DNA of 49,892 nucleotides. Source: Actinomycetes bacterium. Lineage in GTDB: Bacteria > Actinomycetota > Acidimicrobiia > Acidimicrobiales > RAAP-2. The notes below the pieces were generated by a model. That model saw only the letters and a program-made list of their open reading frames with translations, was not told the origin of the DNA and did not search any database. Positions 41,065 through 49,670 of the stretch are shown one piece after another; position 1 is the first letter of the stretch, and each line of letters begins with the position of its first letter. Location: the NCBI GenBank assembly GCA_021828005.1, contig JAKATJ010000005.1:1-49892 (forward strand). Direction: 5' to 3'. The position numbers and the translations under genes are program-made.

Positions 41065-41421
41065 CTACAGTCCCGCAACCCCTACCAGCTCGTCCAGCAT
41101 GGGGTCGATCGCACCGACTGCGATCGAGAAATGACCCTCGCCCTCGATCAAGCGCGCCGCCGCCGCAAGGTCGATCTTGGACGCCCGTCTCGCGTCAGTG
41201 GCGGACCCCGACTCCTCAGGGAGCCATTGGATTCCCTCGCCTCGTGACGCCAGAGACGCCCGAGACTCCAGAGACGCCCGAGACGCCAGAGACGCCAGAG
41301 ACGCCAGAGACGCCAGAGACGGTCGTGGGCATCCCAGGCCCTCGTGCCCAGCGACTCGGCACCGTTCCGGCGATGCCGGCCGCCCACCTGCTGTCACATC
41401 GCCGACCTGCACCAAGGTCAT
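41065..41421 (-). CDS. Hypothetical 118-aa ORF with a (SLA)n repeat and a LAGLIDADG-like motif near its end (possibly a gene remnant)
   Basis: The ATG overlaps the DUF2142 stop (ATGA, 41418-41421). It encodes ...SLASLASLASLASRASLESRASLASRG...KIDLAAAARLIEGEGHFSIAV... Third-position GC is only moderate and there is no other motif. Confidence 0.35.
   Translation of the reverse strand: MTLVQVGDVTAGGRPASPERCRVAGHEGLGCPRPSLASLASLASLASRASLESRASLASRGEGIQWLPEESGSATDARRASKIDLAAAARLIEGEGHFSIAVGAIDPMLDELVGVAGL
41246..41322. repeat. 9-bp tandem repeat, ~8.5 copies (gacgccaga and variants)
   Basis: Nine-nt units run from 41246, and the last four full units are perfect. The repeat is in frame in every reading frame (SLA / PET / RDA / LWR). 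Confidence 0.95.
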
Positions 41422-43046
41422 CGCCATGGATTCTTCGTCGAGGGTTGGCGACGGGCGGCGACCTCCGCGTCGGTACCTGCGCTCGCCAATTCCATTCCCG
41501 TGCGGGTCGGCCTGCGCAGCTCGATGATCACGGCTACGAGCAAGAGCGCTTCGCACGCGCACCCGCCCACTGCTGCGCCGAGCAAACCGATCGGTGGACG
41601 CCAGGACCCCTGCAGGAAGTCGATCGGCCCGCTGATGCCCACGGCGTAGCGACGGAGCGTCCCGAGGTACGCGGCGACGGAGGCCACACCCACTCCGATC
41701 GTCAGGAACCACGCCGCGTGCGTGCGGACCCACGCGTGTGCCGCAGACCGTTCGAGGAGCGCGACAGACACGAGTGGGATCCCCACCGCGATGGGGAGCC
41801 AGTAGCGACCCTGCCCGTCGATACCCAGTCTGTGCTCGACGGAGAAGTCCAAGATGAGTGGCAAGAGCACGACGATGCCGAGCAGGAGGACCAGGGTTCC
41901 CGCGCGGCGAGCCCCTGCGCGTGACAGCCCGAGGACGAAGAGGAAAACGACGATGCACAGCCACACGGCGTAGGTGAGCAGAGGGGATGGCGTGCTCTTC
42001 CATCCGAAGACCCCCACCATCTGATCGGGCCAAAGCTTTGCGTGGTCGAGCGCGGTGGCGAGGAGCTGGAGGGCGGGCTCGCTGGCTGGCGCGGGGGTGC
42101 CGGGCACGAGATCCAAGGAGTGCTGGGCGAGGACCCACCACAGCGCGAACACGCCGCAGGCGACGAGCGGTGGAATCGAGAGACGGGCCGCCCGGCTGCG
42201 GAGCACTCCTACGAGAGCGCGCCAGCCGCCGAGGAGGCTCAGGATCACGAGGGTGATCCCCACCCACAGTAAGGAGATGGGGCGGGCAAGAGACAGGAGC
42301 GCGATCGCGACGGCAAAGAGCGCGATGAGGCGCGGCGGAGGGTGGTCGGGGTGCTCGAGGACGAGCACGAGCCCGGTCGCCCACAGCAAGATCGCGGAAC
42401 AGATCTCGAAGCCGCTCGGGTTGACCATGCCGCCGATGAACCACGTCATTGGCGTCGCTGCCACCGCCACCCCGACGAGCAGCAGCTTGCGCTGTGACCA
42501 CACGGCGATGGCGAGCAGTGCGAGGGAGACGAGGGCCGCGTTCAGCAGCGAGCTCATGAGCCGCATCAGGTAGATGCCGGTCTTCGAGACGAACACGAGC
42601 GAGGGGAGCCCGACGATGAGGTAGTACAGCGGTGGGTACCGACCGACGTAGGTGGCGACGTGTACTGTCTTGGTTGAGGTCGTGAGCGCCGGCGCGCAGG
42701 ACGCAGGCACCGTCAGGTGGAACTTGTCGCACGTTGCGTAGGCGTTCCCTGCGGCGAAGACCGCTGGGATGTGCACCGCGGTGTAGGCGCTCGCGGGACC
42801 GTCGATTGTGTATCCGACCACCTCTCCGCGTACTGCTGCCGCGGCATAGGCGACCTGGGTCGGCTCGTCGGGCGAGGCGAAAAGCGGGGTGGCGAGCGAC
42901 CAGGCTCCGAAGCACAAGAACGTGAGCACGAAGTATGCCGCGAACAGCATCCCCACGGTACCGAAGCGTTGTTCTGCGCGACTGACGCGCCGCTTACGGA
43001 GCGGACGCGTGACACGCGAGATCGGAGGCGTTGTCAGCTGCAGCAC
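41418..43046 (-). CDS. DUF2142-family polytopic membrane protein (glycosyltransferase-C-like)
   Basis: 542 aa with about 12 hydrophobic segments. The early periplasmic-loop motif FASPDEPTQVAYA is typical of DUF2142 as I remember it. It has a GTG start. Confidence 0.75.
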   Translation of the reverse strand: MLQLTTPPISRVTRPLRKRRVSRAEQRFGTVGMLFAAYFVLTFLCFGAWSLATPLFASPDEPTQVAYAAAAVRGEVVGYTIDGPASAYTAVHIPAVFAAGNAYATCDKFHLTVPASCAPALTTSTKTVHVATYVGRYPPLYYLIVGLPSLVFVSKTGIYLMRLMSSLLNAALVSLALLAIAVWSQRKLLLVGVAVAATPMTWFIGGMVNPSGFEICSAILLWATGLVLVLEHPDHPPPRLIALFAVAIALLSLARPISLLWVGITLVILSLLGGWRALVGVLRSRAARLSIPPLVACGVFALWWVLAQHSLDLVPGTPAPASEPALQLLATALDHAKLWPDQMVGVFGWKSTPSPLLTYAVWLCIVVFLFVLGLSRAGARRAGTLVLLLGIVVLLPLILDFSVEHRLGIDGQGRYWLPIAVGIPLVSVALLERSAAHAWVRTHAAWFLTIGVGVASVAAYLGTLRRYAVGISGPIDFLQGSWRPPIGLLGAAVGGCACEALLLVAVIIELRRPTRTGMELASAGTDAEVAARRQPSTKNPWR

Positions 43047-43497
43047 GACACTCGCTTGGTGGCCGAGGATACTTCGTACAGGTCATCGGGTTTGTGCCCA
43101 AGGAGCACGAAGCCGTCTCGAACCCAGCTCATCGTTGTCCGTCGGCACGGTCTCCGAGCAGTGGGCAGGCTCCTTGCATCCGCCGGAGCCTACTTGTGGG
43201 ACGGCAATGCCGAGATAGCGCGGGTTCCCCTGCGGACGCTCGACATCCTGCCCAGTTGGTCGCGGGAGCGACGGCGGGAGAAACCGGAGATCGCGTCATG
43301 GAAGCGGCTGTGACGGTTGTCGATACGCTCATCTGCGACTTCGTCGCCTACCGCCGGGCGCTCGCGCCGTGCAGATCGAGCCGCCTGCGGCCCGCTCTCG
43401 CCGCCCATCTCGGTGCGCGGCGCGCGTCGTGGAGGAATTGGTTCAGACCACGGCGCCGTCGTGCCCCGGGGTCGCCCCTCTCGAGCGCTCGATGAGT

Positions 43498-43573
43498 TGG
43501 TGGGCCGCCCGGGTCTCGATCCCGGCACCTTGGGATTAAAAGTCCCCTGCTCTTCCGGATGAGCTAGCGGCCC
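43498..43573 (-). tRNA. tRNA-Lys (anticodon TTT), CCA encoded
   Basis: The reverse complement is GGGCCGCTAGCTCATCCGGAAGAGCAGGGGACTTTTAATCCCAAGGTGCCGGGATCGAGACCCGGGCGGCCCACCA, 76 nt, with a CT-TTT-AA anticodon loop. Confidence 0.95.
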
Positions 43574-43881
43574 GGGACTGCAAGAAAACCTACAAGAAAA
43601 CGCGCGAGACAATGCCGGGGTACCAGCCCGGCGGTCGGACAGTCCGTGAGCTGCCCACGGACGCAACCACCCAGCTGACCCGCGACCTCGGCGACTGCGA
43701 CCCCGAGGCCCACACCGATGCCCCCCTGGAGGAGGAACAGGGTCCCGATCGTCGGGATCCGCCGGTACCCGGTGGCATAGAGATCGAGATAGACCGCCGC
43801 CGAGGCCCACAGCAGGCTGATGCCGCCCACTGTGAGGGCGTAGCGCGCCAATTCGAGTCGTGCGGTCGTGCCCAGCGTCAT
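43564..43881 (-). CDS. Small hypothetical membrane protein (3' end overlaps tRNA-Lys by 10 nt; possibly truncated)
   Basis: From the Met at 43881, it has two clear hydrophobic helices (YALTVGGISLLWASAAVYL, IGTLFLLQGGIGVGLGVAVA). It lies 30 nt downstream of the diiron gene. Confidence 0.4.
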   Translation of the reverse strand: MTLGTTARLELARYALTVGGISLLWASAAVYLDLYATGYRRIPTIGTLFLLQGGIGVGLGVAVAEVAGQLGGCVRGQLTDCPTAGLVPRHCLARFLVGFLAVPGR

Positions 43882-43910
43882 CGATCCGGTGCCGCAGAGC
43901 TCTACGGATG

Positions 43911-44732
43911 TCACCTGGCCTGATCCTCCGAGGTGCATGAGCCTGCACCGGACCTCATCATCTGCACCGCACCGGTCACGAGGCCGATGTCTTCCAGCCC
44001 GGGAAGGCGGTCGATTTGTCGATCAAGGCGGGCTGCGACCTTTTCGCCGTCGGCATCGCCAAAGAGGTGATGGACGAGGAAGCGGACCTCTTCTCTCGGC
44101 ATGAGACCGGAGCCCACCGGGCGCCAGTAGCGTCGCAGCAACGAACGCGTCACCCGTTGCGCCGCAGGGCTCTCGGCGAGGCGACGGCGGGCCTGGCCGG
44201 CGTAGAAGTCGATGTGACGTCCTTCTTGCTTCATGATGCGGCGGAGCAACTCGGCCAAGACGGGGTGGCCTGCCTTGGCCGCCAGTCGTCCGTAGCCGGC
44301 CTGCGTGGTCCATTCGTTGACCGCTCCCCAGGTCATGTGCACCGTGACCATGTGGGAACTCACCGCCGAGCCGGCGAGGTAGAGAAGGGGTCGCATCCGG
44401 TCGACACGGGGGAGCGCCCGACGGGTCGCCTTCACGCTCGGGAACCCGGCGAGCTCTCCGTGGGCTGTGAGCACGCGCGCGATCGCCTCACCGTGCCAGT
44501 GCTCCTCGTAGCTCCAGCAGGTGAGGAAGGCCGTCACCTCGGGATCGGCGTGCGCTCTCGTGACGAGGAGGTCTCGCAGATAGCACACCGTGTGGCTCTC
44601 GACGTCGTGCATGTAGCGCAGACAGCGCAGGCTGTCCGCGTCCAGTGGGTGGTCGACGAAGGAGCCGAAGTCGATGTCCTCGAGATTCAACCGAGTCGAC
44701 CGATCGATCAGGGCCTCGAGCTTGCTGGTCAT
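43911..44732 (-). CDS. Ferritin-like diiron-carboxylate protein (acyl-ACP desaturase/AurF-like oxygenase fold)
   Basis: From the Met at 44732 (RBS GGAGA). Candidate diiron ligand motifs are DVESH, SYEEHWHGE (ExxH) and MKQEGRHIDFY (ExxH). Family assignment is by motif spacing only. Confidence 0.6.
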   Translation of the reverse strand: MTSKLEALIDRSTRLNLEDIDFGSFVDHPLDADSLRCLRYMHDVESHTVCYLRDLLVTRAHADPEVTAFLTCWSYEEHWHGEAIARVLTAHGELAGFPSVKATRRALPRVDRMRPLLYLAGSAVSSHMVTVHMTWGAVNEWTTQAGYGRLAAKAGHPVLAELLRRIMKQEGRHIDFYAGQARRRLAESPAAQRVTRSLLRRYWRPVGSGLMPREEVRFLVHHLFGDADGEKVAARLDRQIDRLPGLEDIGLVTGAVQMMRSGAGSCTSEDQAR

Positions 44733-44942
44733 GGTCGTTCTCCGGAGCGATGGACCCCGCCGGATGCCGCGCTGCTCGTTCAGCCATGTCAGAGCGAGAT
44801 CCGCGTCCTCCGAAAGTTCGAGCTCCTCGGGTGACGGCGCGCCCAGGGAGCGTGATTCCACTTCACCGCAGGCGCGGGCGTCCCCCCTCACCGCGTACGG
44901 GGGCAAGGGGGGACGTCGGAGCTGCTCGTCAGCGAGGTGATG

Positions 44943-45758
44943 TCAACCCGAGGTGCGAAGCCGACGGCGCACGGCGAGCATGCCAGCGCCGACGACGAGG
45001 AGGCCGCCGCCGGCCCCAAAGAGGGCGCCGTCCTGGACCCCTGCCGTCGAGCCGCCGCCGGTCTGAGGGGCGCCGGTCGGCACGCTCGTCATCTGGGAAG
45101 CGGCGAGCGATCCGCAGAGCGCCGGCGCCGTCGCGTCCATGGGGAGCTTTGTCGTTCCCGGGACTGTGCTCTTGAGGGTGGCCCCCGCCTTGGGGGCCGT
45201 GTTCGGTGTGAGGCCGTGTACGACGATCACCGCGTTGTTCTCGTCGATCGCCTTCATCGTTGTCGCGTTGAGGGTGATGGTGCGGCTGTATGTGTAGCTC
45301 GCCCCCTTCGGCGCGATTGTGATTGTCGCGCCCTTTGTGGCTGTGGTGCCCCCGGGTGTGACCGAAAGAGTGGTCAAGATCCCGCCGTATGTCGGGGCGG
45401 CGTCGCCGACGCTGATGACCCCTGTCGTTGTCTTGGTCGATGTCGTGGGGCAGACGCCCTTGGCGAGGCCGTGGATGTGCTGGACGTGGGGGAAGGGCTT
45501 GCCTGTGAAGGCGGCGGCCAGACCTTGCACGTGCTCGGTGATCGTGGCGACGTCTCCGTTCAAAACAAGCTTGAGTGTCCCTGACGCACTCGTCTGGCCG
45601 TTCTTCGGGACCGGCTTGAGGGTGGCCATGTAGGTCTTGGCCCCCAGTGTCTGGGCGCCTGCGACCGTCGGCATCGTCGCACCGAGCCCGAGCAGCGCCA
45701 AGCCTGCTGCCCCGATGGCGACGCACGCTGCTTTCAAGATTTCGTTTCTGCCGTGCAT
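44943..45758 (-). CDS. Secreted CHRD-like domain protein with a C-terminal cell-wall sorting signal (APQTG + TM + RRRLR)
   Basis: From the Met at 45758 (RBS AAAGGA). The signal peptide is MHGRNEILKAACVAIGAAGLALLGLGATMPTVAGA. CHRD-like features are SASGTLKLVL...HVQHIHG...AVIVVHG. The C-terminus is APQTGGGSTAGVQDGALFGAGGGLLVVGAGMLAVRRRLRTSG. Confidence 0.65.
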   Translation of the reverse strand: MHGRNEILKAACVAIGAAGLALLGLGATMPTVAGAQTLGAKTYMATLKPVPKNGQTSASGTLKLVLNGDVATITEHVQGLAAAFTGKPFPHVQHIHGLAKGVCPTTSTKTTTGVISVGDAAPTYGGILTTLSVTPGGTTATKGATITIAPKGASYTYSRTITLNATTMKAIDENNAVIVVHGLTPNTAPKAGATLKSTVPGTTKLPMDATAPALCGSLAASQMTSVPTGAPQTGGGSTAGVQDGALFGAGGGLLVVGAGMLAVRRRLRTSG

Positions 45759-45994
45759 GGTGGGTGGGTCCTTTCTCGTGGTCCGTTGGATGCTCGGAGG
45801 GTTCTCCGGCGCAGCTGGGCACTGCGGATGACGAAAGTGTTCGATCCCGTTGCAGCCGAAACCGAGGCGGCGGCGGTCGTCGGTCGGACGGTCATCCGAC
45901 CAGCTGCTCGGTTCCGGAGATAGGAGGACGACGCCGCGTCTTGGCGGAGGTGGGAGAGCAGAGGACGCGGATCTACGACGAAGGGAGGCTTCCT

Positions 45995-46765
45995 GTGAGG
46001 CGACGGAGTGGGTGGAGGAGCACGAAGGTGTCCGTTTCTCTCGCGGTGGGGTCGCTCGTCCTTGTCGCGGGAGGCGGGAGCGCGATCGGGGTCGCCGTCG
46101 CCTCCCAGCAGCACGCCCCGCAGCCCACGGCTCAGGCTGCCGGCACGACGGGTCCTGCGCACGCCGAACGCGGGAGAAAGAGCGCCACCGCGTCGAAGCG
46201 CGCCGACTCCTCGCCTCACGGTACCGAGGTCGGGCCGACCCTTCCGGCATCCGTGCCGCTGTCGATCACCATCCCGTCCATCGGCGTCCATTCGGCTCTT
46301 CTCGAGCTTGGGATGAACGCCGACGGCACCATCCAGGTGCCGCCGTTGGGTGACACACCTGAGACCAACGACGCTGCCTGGTTCGACGGGTCTCCGACCC
46401 CTGGATCCCTCGGGCCGTCGATCATCGAGGGACACATCGACTCGGCGTACCAGGGCCCATCGGTCTTCTTCCGCCTCGGCGCGCTGGTCCCCGGGGACAG
46501 GGTGGACGTGACGCTAGCCGACGGGACGGTCGCCATCTTCAGCGTGACCGGGGTGCGCCAGTACGCCAAGACGGACTTCCCGACGAGCGTCGTGTACGGC
46601 AACACGAACTTCGCAGCGTTGCGCCTTATCACCTGCGGGGGGGCGTTCGACTACACAACCGGCCACTACCTGTCCAACACGGTGGTCTTCGCCTCGCTCA
46701 CCTCGTCGCGTCCCGCACCGAGCCCGCCGCCGCCCGCCTCCCTTACGCCTGGGGGCACCAGGTAG
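45995..46765 (+). CDS. Class F sortase
   Basis: From the GTG at 45995 (RBS GAAGGGAGG). It has an N-terminal TM anchor and the catalytic contexts IIEGHID (His), LITCGG (Cys) and a downstream Arg region. SIPSIGVHSALLELG is typical of sortase F. Confidence 0.85.
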   Translation: MRRRSGWRSTKVSVSLAVGSLVLVAGGGSAIGVAVASQQHAPQPTAQAAGTTGPAHAERGRKSATASKRADSSPHGTEVGPTLPASVPLSITIPSIGVHSALLELGMNADGTIQVPPLGDTPETNDAAWFDGSPTPGSLGPSIIEGHIDSAYQGPSVFFRLGALVPGDRVDVTLADGTVAIFSVTGVRQYAKTDFPTSVVYGNTNFAALRLITCGGAFDYTTGHYLSNTVVFASLTSSRPAPSPPPPASLTPGGTR

Positions 46766-46905
46766 ACGCCGGCGTCGGCGCTCCGGGAGTCTCGCTCCGT
46801 GCTTCAGGCATGACGTTTGTCATCCGCCCCGAGGGTCCGCTCCGTAGTCGGAGTGGGACAACGAACCCGCCGGCTCAGGGCCGGCTTCGACCGAGAGGAG
46901 CCGCC

Positions 46906-47997
46906 GTGACCGATGGAAGCGTGCTCCAGGCTGCGGACGCCCAGGATGGGACGGAGGCGCCTAGGGCGTGGATCCCGCGCGTGCGGGGAGCGCACCGGGG
47001 GCCGGTCGTCACCCGAAGGACCCTGCAGGTCGCGCTCGCTTTCTTCTGGCTGCTCGACGGTGCACTCCAGCTCCAGCCGTTCATGTTCACCCGCGGGTTC
47101 GCCGATCACGTGATCGCACCGACGGCCAGCGGACAGCCGGGATTCGTGGTCGCGGCCGTGCACTGGTCGGCTTCGCTCATCCTCGGCCATCGGATCGCCC
47201 TGGATGCCCTTTTCGCCGCGGTTCAGCTGGCGATCGGTGCCGGGTTGTTGTTCCGCCGGACCGCCCGGCCAGCCATCGTCGGGTCGGTCGTCTGGTCCCT
47301 CGGCGTCTGGGTGCTTGGCGAAGGCCTCGGGGGTCTCGCCGGCGGGACGGCGACCTTTCTCACCGGGGCCCCGGGTGCGGTGATCCTGTACGCGCTTATC
47401 GGGTTGGCGGCATGGCCACGCCTCGGGACCGAGGGCCGAGCGGCGCTCGCCTCGAAGACGAGCCGCCTTGGATCCCGGGTGGCCATGCTCTTCACCCGGG
47501 TCGACGACGAACGTCCCGCCCGCTGGGTCCCTGTCACCTGGGCAGGGTTGTGGGGCCTGTTCGCCGTGCTCCAAGCCCTGCCGGCCAACGGTTCTGCTGA
47601 TGCCCTGGCGAGCCAGCTAGGAGCGAACGTCTCATCCGCGCCCACCTGGTTGGCACATGCAGACCGAACCCTCGCCGCCTCCGTTGCCCACGCAGGGGCC
47701 TGGCCACTCGGCGCGCTGGTCGCTCTCTACGCGGTTATCGCGGTCTTCGGGCTTCGGCAGGGAACTCCACGCAGATCTGCCGCCGTGGCCGGTATCGTCG
47801 CCGCGCTGGCCGCTTGGGTGCTCGGTCAGGCGTTCGGACAGATCCCGACCGGGATGGGAACCGACCCCAACGCAGGGCCACTCGTCGCTCTGCTCGGGAT
47901 CGCGCTCTTGGGCCGCGTCCGCGCCTCCCCTGTCGCCGTTGGTGGACGCGCCGAGGATGCGGCACCCCGAGCCCAGCGCCGGCTCGAGGCGGCGTGA
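46906..47997 (+). CDS. Polytopic integral membrane protein, hypothetical
   Basis: GTG at 46906 preceded by GAGAGGAG. It has about 8 hydrophobic segments. No catalytic motif was recognised. Confidence 0.6.
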   Translation: MTDGSVLQAADAQDGTEAPRAWIPRVRGAHRGPVVTRRTLQVALAFFWLLDGALQLQPFMFTRGFADHVIAPTASGQPGFVVAAVHWSASLILGHRIALDALFAAVQLAIGAGLLFRRTARPAIVGSVVWSLGVWVLGEGLGGLAGGTATFLTGAPGAVILYALIGLAAWPRLGTEGRAALASKTSRLGSRVAMLFTRVDDERPARWVPVTWAGLWGLFAVLQALPANGSADALASQLGANVSSAPTWLAHADRTLAASVAHAGAWPLGALVALYAVIAVFGLRQGTPRRSAAVAGIVAALAAWVLGQAFGQIPTGMGTDPNAGPLVALLGIALLGRVRASPVAVGGRAEDAAPRAQRRLEAA

Positions 47998-48178
47998 CGG
48001 GCGCCCGTCCGCGGTCATGACGACAATCGACTGGACAAAGGATGCGCGCGCCGGCATCCGGCGAGACGCTTCCGTCGGCCACGATGGGCAGCTTGGCGCC
48101 GGGTGTTTCTCGACCCACTCCGGCATCAGCAGCGACAGGACTTGGCCCGACTCGGCGACGGAATGGGAGGATCGCCGG

Positions 48179-48787
48179 GTGGGCCGAGGCGTTTCTCAGC
48201 CAGAGGAGGCGGGAACGTTCGCCGAGCTGGGAGACGCACAGCTGGTCGTCGCCGTCGCTCGTGCCGACGACCGGGCGCTCGCCGAGCTCTACCGCCGCTA
48301 CGGCCGGCCTGTCTACGGGCTTGCCCGCAGGCTGCTCGCCGACGGCAGCGAGGCCGAAGACGTCACCCAGGAGGTGTTCGTCCACCTCTGGGAGCATCCC
48401 GAGCGCTTCGACCCAGGGCGCGGCTCGTTGCGCACCTACCTTCTCACCAAGACCCACTCCCGGGCAATCGACCTGGTCCGCTCCCGCGCCTCGCGCCTCC
48501 GCAGAGAAGAGCGTGACGCCAGGAGCGCTTCGGTCGTCACCTCGGACCTCGAGCGCGAGATCTGGGACCTGGCAGTGGCGGACCGGATGTCGAGAGCGCT
48601 GAGCGCCCTGCCACAGGCCGAACGCTCGGCCATCGAGCTCGCGTACTTCGGGGGCCACACCTACCGGGAGGTGGCTGACATCCTGTCCGAGCCCGAAGGT
48701 ACGGTGAAGAGTCGCATCCGCAAGGGCCTCCAGCGACTGCGTACGGTGATGGACAAGGTGGAGGGCCACGATGATCGCCGATCCTGA
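48179..48787 (+). CDS. ECF (group IV) sigma-70 factor, SigK-like
   Basis: GTG at 48179 (RBS GGGAGGA). Region 2 is EDVTQEVFVHLWEHPERFD and region 4 is AIELAYFGGHTYREVADILSEPEGTVKSRIRKGLQRL. It is paired with an RskA-type anti-sigma gene. Confidence 0.9.
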   Translation: MGRGVSQPEEAGTFAELGDAQLVVAVARADDRALAELYRRYGRPVYGLARRLLADGSEAEDVTQEVFVHLWEHPERFDPGRGSLRTYLLTKTHSRAIDLVRSRASRLRREERDARSASVVTSDLEREIWDLAVADRMSRALSALPQAERSAIELAYFGGHTYREVADILSEPEGTVKSRIRKGLQRLRTVMDKVEGHDDRRS

Positions 48788-49580
48788 GCACGATCGGGTG
48801 GTGGACTTGCTCGGCGTGTACGCGCTCGACGCAGTCGAACCCGACGAGAGCTTGATCGTTGAAGCGCACCTGGCAACGTGCCCGAGGTGCAGCGTCGAGC
48901 TCGCTGGGCTGCGCCACGTCGCAGCCGACCTGGCGGTCGCCGCTGGACTCGAGACCGAGCAGCCGCCGCCCGAAGTATGGGGTCGGATCGTGTCGGGCAT
49001 CAGCCCCCGCTCTGGTTCATCCGCGCCGAGTCCTGCCCCGATCGTGGATTCGAAAGACGGGTCTCGACGGAGGACTCGCCGGCGATGGGCTGGCCGCCGC
49101 CCCGTCTGGATAGTCGGTGCCGTAGGTGCCGCTGCTGCAGCCCTCATCGCTGCCCTCGCCATTGGGCTCGTGCACACCGAAGATCAGGTGCACGACTTGC
49201 GGTCGGCCCTCTCCGGCCGTGGGTCGCAGGCGGCGGTGCAGGCCGCCCTCTCCAGCCCGGGCCACCGGGTGGTCGACCTTCGGTCGAGCGACGGCACCGA
49301 GTTGGCGGAGGTCGTCGTGCGGCGCGACGGGGCGGGCTACATCGTTCACTCGACGATGTCGAGGCTCGGGACCGCCAAGACCTATCAGCTCTGGGCCAGC
49401 ATCAACGGTCAGCCGATCTCCCTCGGCCTGCTCGGTCGCCTCCCAGTCTCGGGGAGTGCTTTCAGCCTCGGCACTGCGGCACCGAAGGTCCGCGAGCTGA
49501 TGGTCACGATCGAACCCGCTGGGGGCGTACCGACGCCGGACCGATCTCCCGTCGCCACCGCTGCCCTGTCGATCTCGTGA
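48771..49580 (+). CDS. Anti-sigma factor, RskA-type (ZAS motif + TM + RskA C-terminal domain)
   Basis: HLATCPRC (Hx3Cx2C), the TM segment VWIVGAVGAAAAALIAALAIGLV, and the extracytoplasmic TYQLWASINGQPISLG motif. It has a 17-nt overlap with the sigma gene. Confidence 0.85.
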   Translation: MIADPEHDRVVDLLGVYALDAVEPDESLIVEAHLATCPRCSVELAGLRHVAADLAVAAGLETEQPPPEVWGRIVSGISPRSGSSAPSPAPIVDSKDGSRRRTRRRWAGRRPVWIVGAVGAAAAALIAALAIGLVHTEDQVHDLRSALSGRGSQAAVQAALSSPGHRVVDLRSSDGTELAEVVVRRDGAGYIVHSTMSRLGTAKTYQLWASINGQPISLGLLGRLPVSGSAFSLGTAAPKVRELMVTIEPAGGVPTPDRSPVATAALSIS

Positions 49581-49653
49581 GGCACGAGCCGACGGCAGCA
49601 GCTACAAGGGGGGGCGGGTCCGCTCCCCCACCGAGCGAGTTGTTCCTCCATCT

Positions 49654-49670
49654 CCGGGACGCCGTCCCGG
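49654..49670 (+). terminator. Short GC hairpin downstream of the anti-sigma gene
   Basis: The hairpin is ccgggac-gcc-gtcccgg, a 7-bp stem with a 3-nt loop, 74 nt after the stop. A G-run/C-run hairpin precedes it at about 49601-49630. Confidence 0.3.

Noticed and set aside
40290-41924. 544-aa plus-strand ORF containing (PET)n
   Set aside because: It crosses the copZ upstream region, the SHOCT gene (antisense), the repeat spacer and the DUF2142 3' end (antisense). No motifs are present. PETPET is one of six possible readings of the 9-bp repeat.
43031-43495. 154-aa plus-strand ORF and the other ORFs in the DUF2142/tRNA-Lys spacer
   Set aside because: There is no motif, and third-position GC bias is poor. 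All six frames were inspected for integrase or recombinase fragments and none was recognisable.
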